Source of the DNA: Hypanus sabinus
Lineage: Eukaryota
Reading direction: 5' to 3'
Length of the DNA: 64,000 nt
Assembly (NCBI RefSeq): GCF_030144855.1
Contig: NC_082712.1
Location: forward strand, 61,442,001 to 61,506,000
Shown here: positions 63,845-64,000 of the stretch, piece after piece
Layout: the number at the start of each line of letters is the position of its first letter
How positions within the stretch are numbered: position 1 is the first letter of the stretch
Translations under genes and position numbers: made by a program
The notes under the pieces: model-generated
The model's database searches: none
Told to the model about the DNA's origin: nothing
The model's input: only the letters and a program-made list of their open reading frames with translations

Positions 63845-64000
63845 CACGCAAAGTGCTGGAGCAGCTCAGCAGGTCGGGCAGCGTCTGTGAAAATGAATAA
63901 ACAGTCAACCTTTCGGACCAGGCCCTTCTTCAGGACTGAAGTGGAAAGGGGAAGATGTCAGAATGTCGAAGGTGATAGGTGAAGCCGTGATTGAGAGCGG
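63845..64000 (-). mobile_element. Penelope-like terminal repeat with hammerhead-like core
   Basis: Minus 63938-63902 reads cagtc-CTGAAGA-agggcctggtcc-GAAA-ggtt-gactg. Confidence 0.7.

Noticed and set aside
1-64000. CRISPR arrays, prokaryotic defence systems, rRNA or endogenous viral genes
   Set aside because: None seen. The RT, APE, GIY-YIG and esterase ORFs are all explained by known eukaryotic retroelements.

Overview
Vertebrate genomic DNA, most likely a cartilaginous fish (ray-like). This is inferred from the repeat landscape: HE1/V-SINE-type SINEs, abundant CR1 LINEs with SGNH-esterase ORF1, Rex1/Babar and Penelope-like remnants. Four spliced genes can be reconstructed by hand, in the same order and orientation as the human 9p21.1 cluster: DDX58/RIGI (minus; exons 1-5 covering both CARDs and the linker, the rest lying off the left edge), TOPORS (minus; one 1047-codon exon plus a probably non-coding first exon), SMIM27 (plus; a 2-exon 44-aa microprotein absent from the ORF track) and NDUFB6 (minus; 4 exons, complete, 129 aa). 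Much of the remainder is transposon-derived, with several nested insertions (RTE>CR1>CR1, CR1>CR1, hAT>Harbinger, Tc1>CR1, CR1>Tigger-like MITE). The most notable observations are: (1) the RIG-I CARDs carry E and R at the human T170 and K172 positions and E at T55; (2) an ISRE/IRF cluster lies upstream of DDX58; (3) Penelope-derived hairpins with decayed minimal hammerhead cores occur in introns; (4) a short bipartite RTE-derived element has a clean 10-bp TSD; (5) a 379-bp near-identical duplication brackets NDUFB6 exon 2. I cannot support a wholly new biological system here. Alignments to human proteins are from memory and by eye; repeat boundaries are approximate unless a TSD or TIR is quoted.
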